DNA from: Bacillus sp. JCM 19034 | Lineage (GTDB): Bacteria > Bacillota > Bacilli > Bacillales > Bacillaceae_D | Length of the DNA: 24,000 bases | Assembly (NCBI RefSeq): GCF_001310635.1 | Contig: NZ_BAXR01000003.1 | Coordinates: 22,261 to 46,260, forward strand | Direction: 5' to 3' | Shown here: positions 17,997 through 24,000 of the stretch, in pieces | Layout: each line of letters starts with the position of its first letter | How positions within the stretch are numbered: the first letter of the stretch is position 1 | Translations under genes and position numbers: made by a program | Notes under the pieces: generated by a model | Told to the model about the DNA's origin: nothing | What the model saw: only the letters and a program-made list of their open reading frames with translations | Database searches by the model: none

Positions 17997-19715
17997 GTGT
18001 TAGTCGAACTGTCGATTAAACATTTTGCCATTATTGATCAAGTAACGGTAACCTTTGATAAAGGGCTAACGGTTCTTACTGGAGAAACGGGAGCAGGGAA
18101 ATCAATGATTATCGATGCGATTGGTTTATTATTAGGTGGGCGAGGTTCATCCGATTATGTTCGATATGGTGAACAACGTGCAGAAATTGAAGGCCTTTTC
18201 CAGGTTGATGAAGGTCATAGAACGTTAGAAAAAGCAAAAGAGCTAGGAATTGACGTATCTGACCAAATGTTTATTCTACGCCGGGATATTACAGCTCAAG
18301 GGAAAAGTATTTGCAGGATTAATGGGAAGTTAGTAACGATTGCCATTTTACGAGAGGTTGGACAAGCACTTGTTGATATTCACGGCCAGCATGAGCATCA
18401 AAGCTTATTACAGCCAGAATATCACATTCAAATGTTAGATGAATTCGCTAAGGAACCTTTGGCGAGGACGAAGCAGGAATATAAGGAGTTATACCAAAAA
18501 GTCCTTCAGCTTCAGAAAAAAATCAAACAATTTAGTACAAATGAACAAGAAATGGCTCAAAAAGTTGATTTGTATCAATTTCAGCTAAATGAAATTGAAG
18601 AAGCGAAGCTCGAGCCATTAGAGGATGAGCGGCTCCTAGAAGAACGATATAAATTGCAGCATAGTGAAAAGTTATTTACATTGTTGCAAGATAGTTACCA
18701 AAGCTTATACGGAGAAAATAGAGGGTTAGATTTTCTATCAAATGCTTCAGCTCATTTGGAGGAAGCAGCAACGATTGACAGTGAGCTTGCTGATTTACAT
18801 GAATCAGTCAGTAACAGCTTTTATTTATTAGAGGAAGCGGCATTCACAATTAGGAATAAGATGGAACTTATAGAATTTGATCCTGCGAGATTAGAAATTG
18901 TAGAAAGTCGTTTACATGAAATCACACAGCTTAAGCGGAAATACGGGTCAACAGTTGAAGAAATAATGGAATATGCCGCCAAAATCGAAGAAGAACTTGA
19001 CTCAATTGTACATAAAGATGATCGTTTAACAGAAATACAAGCTGAATTAGATGCAACTTGGAAAGATTTATATGTCGAAGCTCAAACATTAACAAAATTA
19101 AGAAAAAAATCAGCTCAAACATTAAAAGAAGAGATTCATGCTCAGCTAAGGTCACTTTATATGGAAAAAACGCAATTTGATGTTTCGTTTAAACCACACC
19201 CAATTACAAAAACCTCACCAACTATTGATGGTCAAACAATAACATTTACTGAGGATGGCATAAATGAGATTGAGTTTTATCTATCAACAAATCCAGGCGA
19301 ACCATTAAAGCCTTTAGCAAAAGTTGCATCTGGTGGAGAAATTTCTCGGATTATGCTTGCAATTAAATCAATATTTTCCGATCAGGAAGGGATAACATCG
19401 GTTATCTTCGATGAAGTTGATACAGGAGTAAGTGGTCGGGTTGCTCAAGCCATTGCAGAAAAAATACACCGAATATCAAGTGGTTCCCAAGTGCTTTGTA
19501 TTACTCATTTACCACAAGTAGCTGCAATGGCAGATACTCATTTGTATATTTCAAAGGAAGAAGTTGACAATCGTGTAAAAACATATGTCAATACGCTAAC
19601 TAAAGAAGAGAAAGTTAATGAAATAGCACGAATGATTTCAGGTGTAGAAGTAACTGAATTGACGAAACAACACGCAAATGAACTTATTCAGTTAGCGGAA
19701 ACGTTAAAAGTGTAA
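17997..19715 (+). CDS. recN: DNA repair protein RecN
   Basis: LSIKHFAIIDQVTVTFDKGLTVLTGETGAGKSMIIDAIGLLLGGR, LASGGEISRIMLAIKSIF, VIFDEVDTGVSGRVAQAIAEKI. Confidence 0.98.
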   Translation: MLVELSIKHFAIIDQVTVTFDKGLTVLTGETGAGKSMIIDAIGLLLGGRGSSDYVRYGEQRAEIEGLFQVDEGHRTLEKAKELGIDVSDQMFILRRDITAQGKSICRINGKLVTIAILREVGQALVDIHGQHEHQSLLQPEYHIQMLDEFAKEPLARTKQEYKELYQKVLQLQKKIKQFSTNEQEMAQKVDLYQFQLNEIEEAKLEPLEDERLLEERYKLQHSEKLFTLLQDSYQSLYGENRGLDFLSNASAHLEEAATIDSELADLHESVSNSFYLLEEAAFTIRNKMELIEFDPARLEIVESRLHEITQLKRKYGSTVEEIMEYAAKIEEELDSIVHKDDRLTEIQAELDATWKDLYVEAQTLTKLRKKSAQTLKEEIHAQLRSLYMEKTQFDVSFKPHPITKTSPTIDGQTITFTEDGINEIEFYLSTNPGEPLKPLAKVASGGEISRIMLAIKSIFSDQEGITSVIFDEVDTGVSGRVAQAIAEKIHRISSGSQVLCITHLPQVAAMADTHLYISKEEVDNRVKTYVNTLTKEEKVNEIARMISGVEVTELTKQHANELIQLAETLKV

Positions 19716-19722
19716 AGATTAC

Positions 19723-19752
19723 AAAAGCTAACCAATTAAGGTTAGCTTTTTT
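19723..19752 (+). terminator. Rho-independent terminator after recN
   Basis: 11-bp stem aaaagctaacc (19723-19733) / ggttagctttt (19740-19750) followed by Ts. Confidence 0.88.
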
Positions 19753-19819
19753 CTGTTTCAGAAGTTATAAATGTGGAGTCGCAAGGCAACATTAGTATTA
19801 CAGCCATCTTTGGAGGTGT

Positions 19820-21088
19820 GTGGGCAAAGGAGCTAGGAGAGTGAAGTGGATGAGAGGCGATGTAATTAGAAAGGGAATCGGAGTTGTTTTGCTTATTTTT
19901 GTTTTAAGTATAGGACTTTCAGAAAACGTCCAAAAATGGGGTCAAGTCCCTACTAGTATGACCGTTTTTGAAGGGGATGTTACGCCCATTACTGAGGCAG
20001 TTAGTGAATTAAATGCTGTTCCTGTTTCAACTGAGTCCGTTGAAGAGACAGGCCAAGTAAAGCTAGAGGTTGGAAATTTCCCTATAAAAAATATCGATGT
20101 ATCAGTAATACCAAAATTAGAAGTCATACCAGGTGGTCAATCAATTGGCGTTAAATTAAATACAGAAGGTGTTCTCGTTGTAGGTCATCATCTAGTTGAA
20201 ACGGATGATGAAAGTATATCACCTGGTGAAGAGGCTGGAATTCAAGTTGGAGATATGATTACTCATATTGATGGGGAAGAAATCCAACATATGAGCCAAG
20301 TTGGGGAATATGTTCAGTCAGCTGGTGATGAAGAGCGTACATTAGATATTCGTTTAAAGCGTGATCAAAAAATATATGAGAAAACATTAACTCCTGTAAA
20401 AGCGAAAGGAGAGCATTCGTATCGGATGGGCTTATACATTCGCGATTCGGCAGCAGGTGTCGGCACGATGACTTTTTACGATCCAGATACAATGAAATAT
20501 GGTGCACTAGGACATGTCATTTCTGATGTGGATACGAAAAAACCAATAGTCGTTCATGATGGTCAAATTGTACGTTCATCAGTAACGTCAATTGAAAAAG
20601 GAAGTAATGGTGACCCAGGCGAAAAATTAGCAAGTTTAACAAAACAGCGTGAAAAGTTAGGTTCAATTGAAAAAAATAGTTCTTTTGGCATTTTTGGCAC
20701 GTTAGATAAAGTCAATTTGAAGAATAAATTATATGATGAAAAAATGCCTGTATCATTATCAACGCATGTTAAAGAAGGACCTGCCAAAATATTAACCGTT
20801 GTAGAGGGAGAAGAGGTTCAAGAGTTTGACATTGAAATAATCAGTTCCGTTCCACAACAACAACCAGCTACAAAAGGGATGGTAATTAAAGTAACGGATC
20901 CGAAACTTCTTGAGGCTACAGGAGGGATTGTACAAGGGATGAGTGGAAGCCCAATTATTCAAGATGGGAAACTAGTTGGAGCTGTCACTCATGTTTTTGT
21001 AAATGATCCGACATCTGGGTATGGTTGTCATATTGAATGGATGCTTGAAGAAGCAGGTGTACTTCAACAAGAAGCTAAAGCGAGTTAA
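19820..21088 (+). CDS. spoIVB: SpoIVB peptidase (PDZ/S55 family)
   Basis: N-terminal TM segment, PDZ region, [50 protein letters not shown]; between recN and spo0A. ATG 19850 is an alternative start. Confidence 0.95.
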   Translation: MGKGARRVKWMRGDVIRKGIGVVLLIFVLSIGLSENVQKWGQVPTSMTVFEGDVTPITEAVSELNAVPVSTESVEETGQVKLEVGNFPIKNIDVSVIPKLEVIPGGQSIGVKLNTEGVLVVGHHLVETDDESISPGEEAGIQVGDMITHIDGEEIQHMSQVGEYVQSAGDEERTLDIRLKRDQKIYEKTLTPVKAKGEHSYRMGLYIRDSAAGVGTMTFYDPDTMKYGALGHVISDVDTKKPIVVHDGQIVRSSVTSIEKGSNGDPGEKLASLTKQREKLGSIEKNSSFGIFGTLDKVNLKNKLYDEKMPVSLSTHVKEGPAKILTVVEGEEVQEFDIEIISSVPQQQPATKGMVIKVTDPKLLEATGGIVQGMSGSPIIQDGKLVGAVTHVFVNDPTSGYGCHIEWMLEEAGVLQQEAKAS

Positions 21089-21110
21089 TCGTTTTAGCTT
21101 CTTGTTTTTT
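21068..21110 (+). terminator. Rho-independent terminator overlapping the 3' end of spoIVB
   Basis: caagaagctaaagc (21068-21081) pairs with gttttagcttcttg (21091-21104), then TTTTTT; the spoIVB stop codon lies in the loop. Confidence 0.85.
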
Positions 21111-21165
21111 AATATTTTTCTATTTGTTTTAATCATGGTGTGATATGATGATAATATAAAGATTA

Positions 21166-21305
21166 TTCGACAAATACGATAAAAAGATAGATGTCAAATG
21201 ACGAATGATATCGAAAACGTGAGGAATCTGAAGAAAAACACAGTATTTATAAAAAAATCAAAATAAAAATAAAAAAATTAGAGGAAATGTAGCGTTGATG
21301 TCGAA
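21166..21305 (+). promoter_or_regulatory. spo0A control region with candidate 0A boxes and a sigma-H-like promoter
   Basis: Perfect TTGTCGAA on the minus strand (ttcgacaa 21166-21173); TGTCAAA 21192-21198; TGTCGAA 21299-21305. AGGAAAT (21282-21288), 11-nt spacer, GTCGAAC (21300-21306) resembles a sigma-H promoter (consensus RnAGGAwWW-N11-12-RnnGAAT). Confidence 0.55.
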
Positions 21306-21354
21306 CTTATAGTGTAGAGTATGAATTATTACTGTAAACCAGAGGAGGATTTTT

Positions 21355-22169
21355 GTGCAAAAGGTGAAAGTTTGTATTGCAGACGATAATCGAGAATTAG
21401 TTCATTTGTTAAATGAGTATATTTCAGCTCAGAGTGATATGGAAGTGATTGGAACAGCCTTTAATGGTCAAGAATGTGTTAGTTTAGTGGAAGATAAGGA
21501 GCCTGATGTTTTAATTTTAGATATTATTATGCCACATTTAGATGGTCTCGCTGTTTTAAAGCGATTAAATACATTAAAGCTAAAAAATAAACCAAATATT
21601 ATTATGTTAACCGCGTTTGGACAAGAGGACGTAACAAAAAAAGCTGTTGAATTAGGTGCGTCATATTACGTTTTAAAACCATTTGATATGGATGTGTTAA
21701 TTACAAATATTCGTGATATTGGTGGTCAAAATCAATCGTTTGTCCAACCTACTACATCTTCCAATTCGTCATCATTTATTTCATCAAAATCTGATGGTTT
21801 ACAATCAATGGTGGCTTGAATTTAGATGCGAGCATTACGAATATTATTCATGAAATCGGTGTACCAGCTCATATTAAAGGGTATATGTATTTAAGAGAAG
21901 CGATTACAATGGTTTACAATGATATTGAATTGCTTGGTTCGATTACGAAAGTATTATATCCAGATATCGCTAAAAAGTTTAATACAACTTCAAGTCGAGT
22001 TGAACGAGCTATTCGTCATGCGATTGAAGTTGCTTGGAGTAGAGGGAACATTGATTCCATATCGTCATTATTTGGGTATACGGTGAGTCATTCAAAAGCA
22101 AAGCCGACTAATTCTGAATTTATTGCAATGGTTGCAGATAAATTAAGAATTGAGAATAAAGTATCCTAA
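21355..22169 (+). pseudogene. spo0A: Sporulation master regulator Spo0A, split by an apparent 1-nt deletion
   Basis: Frame 1 (21355-21819) is a complete receiver domain ([16 protein letters not shown]...[18 protein letters not shown]...[31 protein letters not shown]). The -1 frame (21816-22169) is the complete DNA-binding domain ([89 protein letters not shown]...). Confidence 0.95.
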
Positions 22170-22184
22170 TTTGTTTCATGAAGT

Positions 22185-22232
22185 AAGGCAGCAAAAAAGG
22201 TTAAATCCTTTTTTGCTGCCTTATTCTTTTTT
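22185..22232 (+). terminator. Rho-independent terminator after spo0A
   Basis: aaggcagcaaaaaagg (22185-22200) / ccttttttgctgcctt (22207-22222) followed by a T-rich tract. Confidence 0.9.
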
Positions 22233-22348
22233 TATAAAAAGAAAAATAGAGATAGCTTAAACAAATCCAAAATTAGCTTTCAAGTTAACTCATAAGAATG
22301 GCTGTATTCGTTCATATTATAGACAAACGATTAAAGAGGGTAATGAGT

Positions 22349-23467
22349 ATGAACGAACCAATTTATGGAGTAGTATATGAACATCAACAAACTAAGAAAT
22401 TACTCCAATATGTACCGAAAAAAAGTATCGTTTTTCTTTGGCATTGTGATTTAGATGGAGTGGCTGTAAATGGGTTACTCGAAGCAGAAGTAAAAGCAAT
22501 TATTAATATGTACCCGACGTATAGTGGTACATTCCAACATCGCCATGTTGAAACCTTATTAGAAGCAGGTGTAGCGGTGTTTGATGTGAAGGATATGTAT
22601 CGAAAAAGAGTAAAACTATATCATGGTCAAGAAATGATGATTGACCGAAACGAACTCTACCTCATTGAAGGCTTAAAATCATATAAAGTAGCTACATTAG
22701 AAGCATATGATGAAACATTATTACGCAAGAAAGATGTTGATGCACGTCAACACTATTCTTCGTGCTATGAGCAATTCGTTCTAAATACAATTGACTTTGC
22801 TAAAAGAGAGCGTCACTGGTTTCAATCAAAGCCAGAGCTGCCTAAAAGTTTAGACCAATTAAGAGGCGAGCAAGTGTTTATTGTCGCTCGCAATACTGAC
22901 TATGAAAAAGATATTGAAGCACTTCGTCCGATTCTTAAGAAAAAAGAAATCATCGTTATTGCTGTTGATGGGGCAGCGGACGGGCTTTTAAAACATCAAA
23001 TCAAGCCTAACTTTATTACTGGAGATATGGATTCCATTAGCAAGAACGCCCTATTTTGCGGAGCTACGATCATTTGTCATCAACATCCATCTGGCAGGTC
23101 ACCAGGGAAAGAACGTGTTGACGAATTAGGTTTAGATGCAGAGAGTATCCGTTTTGTTGGTACAAGCGAAGACGTCGCCATTATGGCATCCTATTGGTCT
23201 GAAGCGAGTCGAATTTTCCTCATTGGTTGTCGTATAGGTATGGAGGAGTTTCTTGAAAAAGGACGTCATGGCATGGGAGCAACCTGGTTAGCACGTGTAC
23301 AAGCTGGAGAGAAAATAACAGATCTAAAAGGAATACATCATGTTGCTTCAAACTCCCTTTTGAATGTTGGCCTATCTGAAAAAGCGGAACGTTCTAAAAT
23401 ACTTGATTATGTTCGTTCATTTTTTCAAGAACGCTTTTATGCATGGAAGAAAAAAGAGGTGCTATAG
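22349..23467 (+). CDS. SteA-like protein (thiamin pyrophosphokinase-like catalytic fold)
   Basis: GDMDSISKNALFCGATIICHQHPSGRSPGKERVDELGLDAESIRFVGTSEDVAIMASYW...MEEFLEKGRHGMGATWLARVQAGEKITDLKGI is characteristic of the SteA family. Start at 22349 chosen by RBS spacing (AAAGAGGG); the open frame extends to 22298. Confidence 0.75.
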   Translation: MNEPIYGVVYEHQQTKKLLQYVPKKSIVFLWHCDLDGVAVNGLLEAEVKAIINMYPTYSGTFQHRHVETLLEAGVAVFDVKDMYRKRVKLYHGQEMMIDRNELYLIEGLKSYKVATLEAYDETLLRKKDVDARQHYSSCYEQFVLNTIDFAKRERHWFQSKPELPKSLDQLRGEQVFIVARNTDYEKDIEALRPILKKKEIIVIAVDGAADGLLKHQIKPNFITGDMDSISKNALFCGATIICHQHPSGRSPGKERVDELGLDAESIRFVGTSEDVAIMASYWSEASRIFLIGCRIGMEEFLEKGRHGMGATWLARVQAGEKITDLKGIHHVASNSLLNVGLSEKAERSKILDYVRSFFQERFYAWKKKEVL

Positions 23468-23468
23468 C

Positions 23469-24000
23469 ATGTCAGTATCGATTGTTATTCCAGCATATAA
23501 TGAAGAGAAGTATATCGTAGAAACGTTACAATGTTTAAAAAAACAAGAGCAAAAGAATATAGAGGTCATCGTTGTTGATGATGGAAGCGTTGATCAAACA
23601 GCAGAGCTTTCAAAAGAGTTTGCTGATCAAATTATACGTCTTCCTAGTAACCAAGGGAAAGGCTCTGCCTCCAAGCGGGCTGGGCAAAAGCGGAAGGACA
23701 ATATATCGTTTGTTTAGATGCTGATTTACAATCAAGTGCGTTAGAATATGTGGAATTGTTGAAACCTGTTCAAGCAAATCATGCAGATGTTTGTTTATCA
23801 ATCATACAACCGAGGGGAAAAGCGGGATTTGGTGTTGTTAAAAGAAGGGTACAAACATTAATTCATCAAAAAACAGGGGTGCGACTGCAAGCTCCGCTAT
23901 CTGGGCAGCGTGCCTTTCATCGAAAATGGTTACCGATTTTATTAAAGAGGTGCTATCAAGGATTTGCTGTCGAAGCACAAATGACGGTTGATTTACTCGA
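23469..24000 (+). pseudogene. Family 2 glycosyltransferase, frameshifted as sequenced and truncated by window edge
   Basis: MSVSIVIPAYNEEKYIVETLQCLKKQEQKNIEVIVVDDGSVDQTAELSKEFADQIIRLPSNQGKGSA, then in the -1 frame LQAGWAKAEGQYIVCLDADLQSSALEYVELLKPVQANHADVCLSIIQPRGKAGFG... to the window end. Confidence 0.85.

Noticed and set aside
1-24000. CRISPR arrays, tRNA/rRNA genes, phage or defence/toxin-antitoxin systems
   Set aside because: No regularly spaced direct repeats, cloverleaf or rRNA-like sequences, or recognisable defence or toxin proteins were found on reading the window.

Overview
This 24 kb window is from a Bacillaceae chromosome, Bacillus halodurans-like in gene content and order. All supported genes are on the + strand. 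Left to right: a transposase 3' end; a 237-bp palindromic repeat; yqhV; spoIIIAA-AB-AC-AD-AE-AF-AG-AH; an uncharacterised small ORF pair; accB-accC; the asp23-family gene yqhY; nusB; folD; xseA-xseB; ispA; a ~600-nt non-coding locus; a membrane protein gene; dxs; yqxC/tlyA; ahrC/argR; recN; spoIVB; spo0A; a SteA-like gene; and a family-2 glycosyltransferase running off the right edge. The main feature is the structured non-coding segment at ~13444-14045 between ispA and dxs. Its position, size, its own sigma-A-like promoter, a perfect 9-bp helix joining its two ends, and the adjacent polytopic membrane protein all match OLE RNA (Ornate Large Extremophilic RNA) and its partner OapA. The second notable observation is that five or six reading frames (spoIIIAD, spoIIIAG, spoIIIAH, spo0A, the glycosyltransferase, and probably the small hypothetical) are each broken by what looks like a single missing base in a short nucleotide run. 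The spo0A break separates the receiver domain from the DNA-binding domain. Either the strain is degenerating for sporulation or, more likely, the assembly has systematic 1-nt deletions. All family assignments were made by recognition without database searches.
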